64,000 nt of DNA from Octopus bimaculoides (lineage: Eukaryota): positions 72,303,831 through 72,367,830 of the forward strand of contig NC_068985.1 in NCBI RefSeq assembly GCF_001194135.2, read 5' to 3'. The translations under genes were made by a program, and so were the position numbers. Under the pieces are notes generated by a model. That model worked only from the letters and a program-made list of their open reading frames with translations, had not been told where the DNA came from and did no database searches. Positions 13,955-26,707 of this stretch are shown here, piece after piece (the stretch's first letter is position 1; every line of letters begins with the position of its first letter).

Positions 13955-14106
13955 GGATTTCAAATTTTGGCACAAGGCCAGCAACTCTAGAACAATGAAA
14001 GGCAAAGCTGACCTCAGTGGAATTTGAATGTAGAACATAAAGACAGATGAAATTCTGTTAAGCATTTTGCCCAGAATGTGAACAATTCTGCCAAGCTCAC
14101 TGCCTC
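13955..14106 (-). mobile_element. SINE family B, internally deleted
   Basis: Matches head and tail of the other family B copies. Confidence 0.75.
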
Positions 14107-15357
14107 CAAATAAAATGTAATGATAAAAAAATCAAACTTTACAGGAAGAGGAAAATGTGGTGGAGTGGCAGATGTGCTAGTTGTGATTGTTGCAGCTGGC
14201 CTCAAGGTCTGAATTGATTCAGGAGATCTATGATTAAAGGCATTCCAGACATGACCTTTCCATTTTTTTTTTAATATGGAATATAATCAACATTACCCCT
14301 TCTTGTTTTGAAGATGGTAGGCTGGGATTTGAAGGTGATTTCTTGTTATTTCATTTCCTCCAATAGTACTGAGCAATACTGAAATCCCCCCAGGGAATGC
14401 CCAGTTTTTTTTAGCCCATATCGTAGCACACTTATGTAGAGGCTCTGTCATTTAAGTGTTGTTGTTGTTGTTCTTTATCCAGGTAGTCCTTCATCAAAAG
14501 TATTTCAGGCATGTACCCCAGACTACATTACTATGTCCTTTTTTAAGCCGTTACAATGTGGTTTGAGGGAAAGTTGGCTGCTATTTCTAAAAGATACTGC
14601 AAAAACGTATTGGCTCCACAGCTTGATGGTTGTTACGGTTGGGTTTAAGCCCTAAGTTTCTCCCGATCAAGCAAATTTAAGTTGAGAGACGTTCCAACTC
14701 TGATCAGCTTGCCATTTTAGGAGGATCTAAGACTGTTTGGTATATCTTCTCTTATTTGTAGATTGTGAAATGACAATGTGGAAGTTGTCTGACTCGTGGT
14801 TGTATCATCTGGGGTGCTGGTTGCAGTGGTGATGTTAAAGGTGTGCTTTTGATATTGGTGGTAATGAGGATGTTGGGTGTACTGGTGATGTTGTTTGGTA
14901 GTTGTAGTGACATATCAGGTGTGCTAGTGATGGTGGTGGTATTGATGTTTAGGGGGAATGCTGGTATAGAAGGGGCTGCTGCTTGTGGTGGTGGTTGCTT
15001 ATTTTTATCTGGCTCTGTTATCTGTCATTGAAAACAGAAACGATACAATGTGAATAATGGGTCTAGAAGCAACAGAAAGATGAATAGTGAAATAGATTTC
15101 TATAGATTCCATACCCCTCACTTCCCCTCAAAAAACCATGTATGACATTTTCACATAATGCTGTAAAAATCTAGATTATGGAAGCAGTGACAGAAAAGAA
15201 CTGGGAGGTGGGGAAGAGAAACTATTGCTAACCCTACATTTCATACATCAGGAAATCAAAATATAAAGGATATTTGAATATTTTGTTTGTTTTGTTTTTT
15301 TTATCGGTTCTCTTTTATTTTATATTTTTATTCATGTATCTTCCTTCTCCTCCCCAA

Positions 15358-15360
<3 letters not shown>

Positions 15361-15390
<30 letters not shown>

Positions 15391-15410
15391 TATTATTGTT
15401 ATTATTATCA
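15361..15410. repeat. (CAT)n/(TAT)n trinucleotide tract
   Basis: Directly visible. (ATT)n also at 16141-16190, and (CT)n at 25334-25392, 25851-25889 and 63192-63242. Confidence 0.95.
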
Positions 15411-15885
15411 TCCCTACTATTGTCATTTTTATTATTGCAGTTCCTATTGTAAAACCAATAGAGAGAGAGAAAAAAAAATGTATATGCCACACACCCCTCC
15501 ACACCAACCTTCTCACTACCCCATAAGCCATCATTTTTGATCATTAGTAAAAATAGAAGAATTATTCAATGGATTTGCAGAATTATTGGCAATAATTATA
15601 TCACATGGCTACATATATTTCTTCATGTGATATGGAGATATCTAGCTAATAACTCATAATAATAATAATAATAATGATAAAATGCCTCCAATTCAAAAGG
15701 GATGTGTATGAGTGTGTATGTCTGTGTTTTTATGATTAGGTGTGCATACACACACACACACACATGCATGCACATCTACATATGGATACATGTATGTATA
15801 TATATATATATATGCATAAATGTACATATGTATATATATGTATATATCTACATATATTACATATATTATATAATGTATTTATGTA

Positions 15886-15941
<56 letters not shown>

Positions 15942-16137
15942 TATTTTTATGGTAGTAGGTGGATGAATCTTGAACGTTCTCTATAATCAGTTTTCCAGTT
16001 AGTCAATGAACTGAACAACCTACACATTGACACAGAGAATTAGTGTGCAAGTAGTTGAGTATTTCACCATTGACATAATTTGCACGATTAACATAATTTG
16101 TAGGTTAAATCAACATGAGAGTATGTGAAAAGCTTCT

Positions 16138-16192
<55 letters not shown>

Positions 16193-16660
16193 GAGAGAGG
16201 GTCCACACAACTCGGTTTCCCTCACAAGACTTCAGTGGACCTAGTGTCGTAGTCAAAGATATTTGCCCAAGATGTCATGCAGCTGTATCAAACTCATGAA
16301 CTTACAATTGCAAATGAAATCCTTTAACCATATGATCATACCGCCATTCAAGATATATATATATGTGTATATATANNNNNNNNNNNNNNNNNNNNNNNNN
16401 NNNNNNNNNNNNNNNNNNNNNNNNNNNNNNNNNNNNNNNNNNNNNNNNNNNNNNNNNNNNNNNNNNNNNNNNNNNNNNNNNNNNNNNNNNNNNNNNNNNN
16501 NNNNNNNNNNNNNNNNNNNNNNNNNNNNNNNNNNNNNNNNNNNNNNNNNNNNNNNNNNNNNNNNNNNNNNNNNNNNNNNNNNNNNNNNNNNNNNNNNNNN
16601 NNNNNNNNNNNNNNNNNNNNNNNNNNNNNNNNNNNNNNNNNNNNNNNNNNNNNNNNNNNN

Positions 16661-16701
<41 letters not shown>

Positions 16702-16703
<2 letters not shown>

Positions 16704-17110
16704 TGCAGGCAGCATGGGTATATGATTGAGAAGCTTGCTGCCCAACTACATGGTTACTGGTTCAAATCCACTGTGTGACTCCTTAGGCAAATGCTTTCTA
16801 CAATAGCCCCAGGATAACCAAAGTCTTTTGAGTGGATTTGGTTGATAGAAATTAAAAGAAGCTTGTTGTGTGTCTGTCTGTCTGTCTATCTTTGTGTCTC
16901 CTTGTCTTGAATGTAAATGAGTGTCCCTAACATACAAGTAGTATCTCTCATTTCCAATATACTGCAAAAACATGTCTGGCCACAGGGAAATGTTTCCTTG
17001 CTTGGAAAAAATGTGACAAAGATCATCTGGCTATAGAAAAATCTGCCTCAATAGACTCCATTCAGCCCATGCAAGCATGGGAAAGAGAACATCAAGACAA
17101 TGATGATGAT
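16702..17110 (+). mobile_element. SINE with family A head and RTE-type (ATG)n tail (family A')
   Basis: Family A head, different body, tail cccatgcaagcatggg...ATGATGAT. Similar pieces at about 11605-12140, 19865-20260, 26250-26640 (-) and 29905-30110 (-). Confidence 0.7.
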
Positions 17111-17680
17111 ATATTCATAATAACTCTTGATCATGGATCAAGCAAAATGTATAAACACACTCTGTACAAAGTTAATATTTCTATTATTAAACTGTTGATG
17201 CTTTCCAATTGAAGAACTAGTTGAATACACATGTATGTCTCTTCAAAGGCAAGATTGACTGTCACTGTCAGTCTTGCTTTTGAAGATATACAAATATCTA
17301 CTGAAGCAAATGTAATATTGCTAGGCATCACCTGCTTAATAAAAGAAATGTATTTGTTCATTTCATCCATTTTTACGTCTGTTTTTTTTCATGTTTGCAT
17401 AGGTTAGATGAATATATTATTGAGACATTGTTGTGCAGTTGGATACCTCTCCTGTCAACAATCATTCCCTGTTTTTCAAATAAGGAATTTCTTATTCCTT
17501 GTAGCTTTAAAAGAGAAAAAGAAACGGATAACTTGCTGACAGGAAAACTGACAATAACCCCACCCATATCCTTCGACTTTCATAGAAGCAATCTAGTTGT
17601 AAACAAACTCATACATGCAAACATACATATATACATACATACATAGAGTAGACACACAAACATACATACTCACACACATA

Positions 17681-17904
17681 CAGGGTTGGCCAAAAGTCAC
17701 CTGACAGTAAATCAAAACCATTTAATTCCAAGATTTATTTATGTTTAACAACTAAATGAATTTAATAAATATGAAACATCATGAAAATTGTTCAAATTGA
17801 TGTCCTTCTTGAGTGACACCATTTTTCCAAATGAATAAATAAAATTGAATATTAAGTATTTATGGAATTTTGATTTACTGTCAGGTGACTTTTGGCCAAC
17901 CCTG
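17681..17904. mobile_element. Tc1/mariner-type MITE, 224 bp
   Basis: Perfect 37-bp TIRs (CAGGGTTGGCCAAAAGTCACCTGACAGTAAATCAAAA). TA on both flanks. AT-rich non-coding interior. Confidence 0.93.
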
Positions 17905-17909
17905 TATGT

Positions 17910-18070
17910 TGGTCTTCTTTCAGTTGCTTTCGACCAAAACCACTCACAAGGCTTTGGTTGGCCAAAGACTATAGTAGAAGACACTTGCCAAAAAATGTCA
18001 CGTTGAGATTAAATTGATGATCTTATAGTTGGGAAGCAAATTTCTTAACTGCACAGGTATAACAGCACCT
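17910..18070 (-). mobile_element. SINE family A head; its microsatellite linker hosts the 17681-17904 MITE
   Basis: Reverse complement of the family A head (cttctttcagtt...cactcacaaggctttggttggcc...gggaagcaaatttcttaac). Confidence 0.7.
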
Positions 18071-19310
18071 ATAAACAATATGTCATTTTTACACTCACAC
18101 ATCTAATATAATAATGAGCCTAGCGTTTTTATATATTTGTCCAGAATAACGCCAGATGTGGAGGAGGGGCAAAAATAGTAATTCAGTGAAGGAGAAGTAG
18201 TGAGAGTAATAGCCCTGACTGAGAGGGAGTGAGAGAAAGGAAGGGGTGATAGATGAATAAGGAAGGAAGGGATGAAAAAGAAAAAATCAGCATTTCAACT
18301 CTGTGTGAGTGTATGTGTGTGTGTGTGCGTGCACATGTACAAGGGAAATATGTGAATGCTTGTATGTGTGATTATTATGTACCTTATTTTGTACCTTATC
18401 TATATATTAAATACTACAATTAGCCATCATTATTGATGGCACATGGTCAGCTAGTATACATAGATTTTGCCACTTCCTCAGTTTCAGGCACAAAGAAAAT
18501 GTAGACTAGGCAGGAGCAGTCATGGTTTTCTACTCCCAAAACTGCACCTTTACAACACCCTTAATATATATATATATATTTATATATATATATATATATA
18601 TATNNNNNNNNNNNNNNNNNNNNNNNNNNNNNNNNNNNNNNNNNNNNNNNNNNNNNNNNNNNNNNNNNNNNNNNNNNNNNNNNNNNNNNNNNNNNNNNNN
18701 NNNNNNNNNNNNNNNNNNNNNNNNNNNNNNNNNNNNNNNNNNNNNNNNNNNNNNNNNNNNNNNNNNNNNNNNNNNNNNNNNNNNNNNNNNNNNNNNNNNN
18801 NNNNNNNNNNNNNNNNNNNNNNNNNNNNNNNNNNNNNNNNNNNNNNNNNNNNNNNNNNNNNNNNNNNNNNNNNNNNNNNNNNNNNNNNNNNNNNNNNNNN
18901 NNNNNNNNNNNNNNNNNNNNNNNNNNNNNNNNNNNNNNNNNNNNNNNNNNNNNNNNNNNNNNNNNNNNNNNNNNNNNNNNNNNNNNNNNNNNNNNNNNNN
19001 NNNNNNNNNNNNNNNNNNNNNNNNNNNNNNNNNNNNNNNNNNNNNNNNNNNNNNNNNNNNNNNNNNNNNNNNNNNNNNNNNNTTAATTGGTGTGTGTCTG
19101 GGTCATTAAACATTGTTCCAGATTTTGCCCAACCTTACAACTTTTAACTCAGCATTTCACTATGTTTCTACCAGTACCAGTTGCCCCCAATGGCTGCTGT
19201 CAACTTCAAAGTTGTGGAGATGAATGTTATATTTTCCATGCTTAATTTGAATGAGATGAATATATGCCATAAAGCATACACAAACATATTTACTGTGCAT
19301 ATGCACATGT

Positions 19311-19720
19311 AGGTGCAGGCATGGCTGAGTGGTAAGAAGCTTGCTTCCCAACCACATACTTTTAGGCTCAATCCTCCTGCATGGCACCTTGGGCATGTGT
19401 GTTCTGTATAGCCTCAGGCTGACTAAATCTTTGTGAGGATATTTAGTAGATGGAAACTGAAAGAAGCCCATCGTATATATATGTGTGTGTGTATGTGTGC
19501 ATTTGTCTTTGTGTCTGTTTGGCCCCCATCGCCACTTGACAACCTGTGTTGGTGTGTTTAAGTCCCTGTAACTTAGCAGTTTGGCAAAAAAGATCAATAG
19601 AACAAGTACTAGGCTTGAAAAGAATTAAGTCCTAGGGTCAATTTGTTCAGCTAACACCCATCAAGACAGTGCCCTATCATGGCTGCAGTCAAATGATTGA
19701 AACAAGTAAAAGATAAAAGA
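19311..19720 (+). mobile_element. tRNA-derived SINE family A, full length
   Basis: Head GGCATGGCTGAGTGGTAAGAAG (A box) with degenerate B box, (TA)/(TG) linker, and tail ...GTCAAATGATTGAAACAAGTAAAAGA. Confidence 0.85.
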
Positions 19721-20294
19721 TATCATTTAGATATTGATTCCTTTGAGTTCATCTGCTCATAGGCACATAGTATTTTTAGTTTTTTTTATCCAGCCAGAAT
19801 GTGAGCATATGCATGTGTGTGTGAGTGTGTAGTCATATATATAGCTCAGTAGTTCAAAAGTTAGCTTTACAACTACATACATTTAGGTTCAGTCACACTG
19901 TGCAGCATTTTGGTCAAGCATCTTCTTCTATAACCCCAGGCCAACCAGTGCTTAATGAGTGAATTTTGTAGAGGAAAAACTGAAAACAAGATCGCTGTAT
20001 GTATGTGTGTGTGTGACAGTGTGCAGGCATGCATGCGTATGTGCATGTGTGCTTCTTTGTGTCTTCCCAATGCACACAGATTGTAAACAACTTGCTTGTC
20101 ATACAAGTTGAAGCTGTCGATGAAAATATTTCTGCACTAGGGAAAAATATTACCTTGCTTAAAAATAGATGCCGTTTATTGACAGGAAGAGCACCCCACC
20201 CCCACCCTGTAGTCACTCAGCCAGCATGGAGAAATGAACATTAAAACAATGATGATAATAATGACATATACACACGTGCCCACACACACATACA

Positions 20295-20354
<60 letters not shown>

Positions 20355-20858
20355 TGTATATATTATGTATTTTATNNNNNNNNNNNNNNNNNNNNNNNNN
20401 NNNNNNNNNNNNNNNNNNNNNNNNNNNNNNNNNNNNNNNNNNNNNNNNNNNNNNNNNNNNNNNNNNNNNNNNNNNNNNNNNNNNNNNNNNNNNNNNNNNN
20501 NNNNNNNNNNNNNNNNNNNNNNNNNNNNNNNNNNNNNNNNNNNNNNNNNNNNNNNNNNNNNNNNNNNNNNNNNNNNNNNNNNNNNNNNNNNNNNNNNNNN
20601 NNNNNNNNNNNNNNNNNNNNNNNNNNNNNNNNNNNNNNNNNNNNNNNNNNNNNNNNNNNNNNNNNNNNNNNNNNNNNNNNNNNNNNNNNNNNNNNNNNNN
20701 NNNNNNNNNNNNNNNNNNNNNNNNNNNNNNNNNNNNNNNNNNNNNNNNNNNNNNNNNNNNNNNNNNNNNNNNNNNNNNNNNNNNNNNNNNNNNNNNNNNN
20801 NNNNNNNNNNNNNNNNNNNNNNNNNNNNNNNNNNNNNNNNNNNNNNNNNNNNNNNNNA

Positions 20859-21017
20859 TGCTAGTGTGTTTATGTGCCTGTAACTTAGCAGTTCGACAAA
20901 AGTGGCCGATAGAATAAGTACTAGGCTTACAAAGAATAAGTCCTGGAGTTGATTTACTCGACGAAAGGTGGTGCTCCAGCATGGCCACAGTCAAATGACT
21001 GAAAAAAGTAAAAGAGT
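20859..21017 (+). mobile_element. SINE family A 3' half; head lost in gap
   Basis: Matches the family A tail. Further partial copies at 48490-48670 (-), 60455-60585 (+), 33572-33630 (+), 53545-53602 (-) and 42960-43120 (+). Confidence 0.8.
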
Positions 21018-21021
21018 ATAC

Positions 21022-21084
<63 letters not shown>

Positions 21085-21230
21085 GGTTATGAGAGGTAAT
21101 GGGGTCAATGAGACCCAGAGGTGTCAGGTAATGCTGAGTAAGTGCTATGGATATACCATAGTTAAGCTCCAGATTCAGTGATTATGCAAATAAGGAGTCA
21201 AACATATCAGCTTGTGTTTATATAAAAAAA

Positions 21231-21478
21231 TCTTTTCAGAATGAGATGAAAAACCAAGGCTGTGAAAATTTAAGAACATTTATAAATAGAAGGTCTTACA
21301 ACTGTTTCCAGGATACTCTATTTCATATCTTATCTAAATTAACTATTGCTTAACCATTTTTTCACACCGTCTCCGATGAAGGGATATAATAAATATCCTG
21401 GAAACAGCTGTAAGACCTATTTAAAAATGTTCTAAAATCTTCACAGCCTTGGTTTTTTATCTCAATCTGGAAAAAAAA
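21231..21478. mobile_element. Palindromic non-autonomous element (about 85-bp inverted arms), probably Penelope-derived
   Basis: 21231-21315 is the near-exact reverse complement of 21394-21478. The spacer plus right arm contain a hammerhead-like fold. Confidence 0.8.
21369..21416 (+). ncRNA. Minimal type I hammerhead-ribozyme-like motif
   Basis: GUCU (stem I) - CCGAUGA - A - GGGAUAU/AAUAA/AUAUCCU (stem II) - G - GAAA-C-AGCU-GUA (short palindromic stem III, GUA cleavage triplet) - AGAC (stem I). Deviations from consensus: U4->C and extra A and G flanking stem II. Confidence 0.6.
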
Positions 21479-21587
21479 TTTTTATATATACATATATATC
21501 TATACACACATATAGATATACGCATACATATATTTATATGCACATACATATATACACATATAGATATACGCATACATATATATATAT

Positions 21588-21630
<43 letters not shown>

Positions 21631-21726
21631 TGCACACACACACACATACACACACACACACACACTCATATATTTACGCTGGTGGTGCTCTGCATGGCCA
21701 CAGCCTCAAAGCTGAAACATATAAAG

Positions 21727-21765
<39 letters not shown>

Positions 21766-22519
21766 CACATTACATGTATGTGCCTGTGTATGTTCAAGTA
21801 TTGATGTAGGAAATATAAGTTCCTTATTTATGGTGAAGGAACTTGTAATGATGGAAGAGCCAACCCTACAATGGAACCAACTAGTTGACTATTTTGTAGT
21901 TGTATGGTTAAAAAAAAACACCTACCTCGTGTGTCTGTGGATGAGTGTATGTGTGTTAGTGTGTGTGTAAGTATGTGTATAGTAGTCTCAGAGTCCATAA
22001 ATCTAGAAGAGGTTGTGCTCATATTTTTTTTCAGCAGTGCCACCATAATCTTTCTTCGATACCTTCCATCTCTCAAGAGCATGCGTTATTATTTAACTGT
22101 GCCGTTATCTTACCGATTGGTAAGATTGGCTGTAATGGATCCATAATACTCTATATTTTGATTAAAATATACATGTGTATTTGTATGTGCTTGATTTACT
22201 TGTGTGTGTGTGTGCATCAAATTAAATGCTTTAATCTTAACAATGAGAAAGAATGCTTCCGTTTAGAACATAAATGCAGAAACATCAAGAAATATGTAAA
22301 TAAGTCTTTATTAGTGATATAGCTAGAAGTGAATTCTGTTATAAATAGTAGCGTATATGACACTGGTAGTGTGTCTGCCTGGCTTAACAGAAGATACCTA
22401 TTTGGAGTCCGACAGTCAGCTATGTCTTTTTCTTTTTCCATTGAAGGGGTTTTCATCGAATGTATTATAAGCTATTATTTATCATTAAATTCGCTTAAAG
22501 AAGCATAGTTAATGAAACT

Positions 22520-22620
22520 ATTGTGTGTGTGTGTATGTTTATATATTTGTATGCATGTATGTATATATATGTATAAATATATACATATATAATATATATA
22601 TATATATATGCATGTGAGTT

Positions 22621-22674
<54 letters not shown>

Positions 22675-22885
22675 ATGGGTGTGTGTGTGCATATACCTTA
22701 TGCATAAAAGCATAAATATATATATGTTTATGTAGATATGCATTTATAGTTGTGTATGTGTGTGTGAATGAATATATATATACACACACACGTATATACA
22801 GTTACGCATATATATATACATGCATTTGTATATGCATATATGTATATATTTATTCATACATATATATGTATATATATATATATAT

Positions 22886-22931
<46 letters not shown>

Positions 22932-22964
22932 ATAAATATATATATATATGTATGTGTATATATG

Positions 22965-23008
<44 letters not shown>

Positions 23009-23080
23009 GTATGTGTTTGTGTATATATATATATTTGTATATATTTGTATGTATGTGTTTATGTATCCATGTATTATATT
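22520..23080. repeat. Compound (TA)n/(TG)n/(TATG)n microsatellite block
   Basis: Directly visible. Similar blocks at 15740-15945, 21480-21770, 33498-33750, 48670-48940, 50430-50592, 51160-51440 and 51978-52440. Confidence 0.95.
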
Positions 23081-23786
23081 TATAATTTAGATATCTATTT
23101 AAATACTCGTTCCAGTATTAAGCTATTTTCTTTTTAATGGGTGATATTGTTTTTGCCAGTAAGATATTTTATCAAAGAATTCTTCTTGTTATGAATGTGG
23201 AATTGAAATCCAGAAAGGGTGTGGGTGGGGGGAATTATACATGCTTCTCTACACACATAAAAAAAATATTAGATATGCCTGCTAGTGTGTGTTTGTTGAT
23301 TCAACCATTATTTTATTTTATAAAATATAAACTTGTTCTATTCAGCTTTCATTCAAGCTTTTTCAATATTAGAAATAAAAACAACCTTTTACATTCCATA
23401 AATTTCTTTTTTTTTGCAAGGATCTAATGTTGCTTTTTATTTTATGTATTGTTTAATCTGAAATAGAGGATTAGTGCCCTTGGGTCTTTTTTTCCAGCAT
23501 CTTTTAAAGTGTAATGGAATTGATAGGAATGTATGTTTGAGGTTAATGGGGTCTGTATTGAGTTTGAAGAGCACTTCATGGTTGAAAAAGTAGGAAACAT
23601 TATTATCCATTATGTATCCCACTAAGAACATATGTTAGTGGATCCCAAAATCTAACCCACTCAGAATATATATGCTAGTATATGACTTAACCAGACTACA
23701 GGTTAGTCTAACCAATATACAATGTACTCAGGATATAGTTAGCATACCTAATAAGTAGTTTCTATGGCAATATGTGACCCATGCAC

Positions 23787-23990
23787 AAGGTAGTAAGTTG
23801 GCAGAATTGTTAGCACACAAGGCAAAATGCTTAATGGCATTTCATCTGTTTTAATGTTCTGAGTTCAAATTCCCCTGAGGTTGACTTTGCCTTTCATTCT
23901 TTTGGGGTCGATAAGTACCAGTTGAGTACCTGGGGTGATGTAATCGATTTATCCCTGAAATTGCTGGCCTTGTGCCAAAATTTGAAACCA
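23787..23990 (+). mobile_element. SINE family B
   Basis: agttggcagaattgttagc...ttctgagttcaaatt...gactttgcctttcat...ggccttgtgccaaaatttgaaacca. Confidence 0.85.
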
Positions 23991-25329
23991 CTATTTATTA
24001 TAAGTCTGTGTAAGTCTCCTTACTAAAATGCCATTCCTGTATAACAAACCAGCATGGTAGTCTCTATATAACAACTGAACTTGTTAGAAATAGTAGCTAA
24101 ACGTCCTTTAAATCACTCTCCAGCATCTTAAAAATAGAAAAATGAGAAATACATAAGACAACATAATCTTTGAGATATAAATCAAAGACTATTTATATAT
24201 CTTTGTTCATAGGTCTGTTTCATTAGGAATAGTCTAGCATGAATCAGCCACCACTACTATAGCAAACTGATCAAATGAAGTTGGTAAAATGCTAGTTATC
24301 ATGATTGAAATTATTTTATTAAGCTTTTTCCAAATTCTGGATTATTTTGAAAAATAATTGAAACACATTGGAACTAAATTCTTGTTTGAAATACGATGGT
24401 GGATCAACTTATTCATGATTCTTCTCTCAGTGGATTAAATGCAGAAATAGTTTAGCCAGATTGACCCTCACAGTGAAATTTGTAATCTAATGGTTATGTC
24501 AATGAATCTTGGCAAATAAAGTGGCTTATTTCAGTTTCACTCACTAATTACTAAGTTTAATTACAATTTTACTAATTAGAAGTTAATTTTATTACAAAAA
24601 CATCTTACAATAAATCTTTTGAATTTGTAACTATTCCACCAACCTCTTCATTGTTTTTCTCTCTTCCCATTCTTTCTCCCTTCCCTGTCTTTCTCTCTTC
24701 CCCTTCCTCTCTTTTCCATTCTCATTTATTTAAATTTACTCTGCAAAGCTAATTATTTGGTTAATTTTAGATATTGTTTATTTTTTTTCTAAATTTCTTG
24801 ATCTAAGTATTATATTTCTCCCTTAGACAATATCAGCATAATTGCCATTATCCAATACACATTCTCGCATCTGTGCAATCCACACACAGTGACCATCAGC
24901 ACTCAAGCCAAATGAAATAAAGGTTTATATTCATACACACTCTATCTCTCCCCCTCTCTATCTTTATCAAATATGCACATACACACACACACACACACAC
25001 ACAAACACTGTACTAACAACAGAAAATGCAAAGTTGAATTTTATATAAACTCATATATGCATATGCACATGCATTATAACCCTAACCAGTGAAGGAGCCT
25101 ATACATGGCTGCTCAACCTTCTAGAAGTACATCTAAGTTTTCTTAAAGTTATATTCTACAGCCTCTTTAAAAAATGGATGAACACATTTGATAGTGTATC
25201 ATGGACAACCATTTACCTTATCTGGAAAAAGTAAAAAAGAAGATAGCTGATCAAGAAAGGAATGGACTGAAATATCTTTGACCAGTCAGGAATTACATGG
25301 ATGTTCTAGTTCAGTGAAACACTTGAAAT

Positions 25330-25395
<66 letters not shown>

Positions 25396-25847
25396 TGACC
25401 AATGAAATCAAAATCTTACTGACTTGAACCAGCAAAAAAAGCCTCTAGATAGTTGTTTCAGCTGCAGAAACTTCAAGTGAATTACCCTTAAATCATGTAC
25501 TAAATTCTCTAAAAATGAAACAAACACTGAATGATATGGTTCTAGATGCACTTAATCACAATTGGAATGCCTTTGATCATAGACTTGTTTAATAACTACA
25601 ACTTTGTGAACTCTTTCATCAAATTAAGCAATCGAAATAAATCCACTGATGGTTGTTTCCAAATCAGATGATGAAAAGCTACATCCATGACCCTTTTTTC
25701 AGGGCCTCTGAGACTGGTGTGAGTTATCTTCAGACCAGAGACTGGGGTTGAAGGCTTGCAACAGAGTAGGTTTCACTAATGACACCTACGGATCAGCCGA
25801 GGATGTTAAACTGGATGATGGCTCAAGTCTACCATTCAAAAACAGGC

Positions 25848-25893
<46 letters not shown>

Positions 25894-26707
25894 CTTGCAC
25901 TTACTTTCTCTCAGCCAAATTTCACTCAAAAGGTTCAAAACTATTGATAGAAGACACATGCCCAAGTTTTCACATAGAGAGATCAAACCTGAAACCAAAA
26001 AATCTTAAGCTGTTATTTACCCTAACATTCCGGAACCTGTTTTTGTTGTTTAGCTCCAGGTCAGCCCTGATCCAGCAAACCTATGAGTGAAAGCATATCC
26101 AAGACATAGCCATCCTTCTTTCTTCTTCATGCAGTATACTACATTATTCAATGTGTTCTACCAATTATTTCATATAGTAGTGAGGTATATATATATATAT
26201 ATATATATATACATACACACAGTATGTATATGCACACATATGCATGTTTATTTATGGGTATATCATAATCATCCCCATCCTCACTGTTTTGACATCTACT
26301 TTTCTATGCCTGGATGGATCAGATACGAACGAGTACACTGGGGCAAGGTTTTCTATAGCCAAATGCACTTCTTGATGCCAACACCCCACACCTCACATGT
26401 CTCTAAGGAAGATGATAATCTCCCAGTTTATCAAATAAGAAACAGCTTAGACATACTTACAGAGAGAACTGGAAACAAACAATATCATCAGAATGAGTCT
26501 TTTCTTTATAAATATGGTGCAACCTGTCAAAACATGTCAAGAAGCTTGGATATGTTTTAACAGTGAACTGAGAGCAAATGACACTATCAGTGAAGTCATT
26601 GTTCACAACCAGCAAACATATGAAGATGAAGGATATATACATTCTCTTTCATAAGCATACACATACACACAGATATACATACATACATACATACATACAT
26701 ATACATA

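Noticed and set aside
15274-15544. Poly-His, poly-Ile, poly-Asp and poly-Met ORFs
   Set aside because: All six frames of one (CAT)n/(TAT)n microsatellite; no splice or homology support, unlike the 57145 exon.
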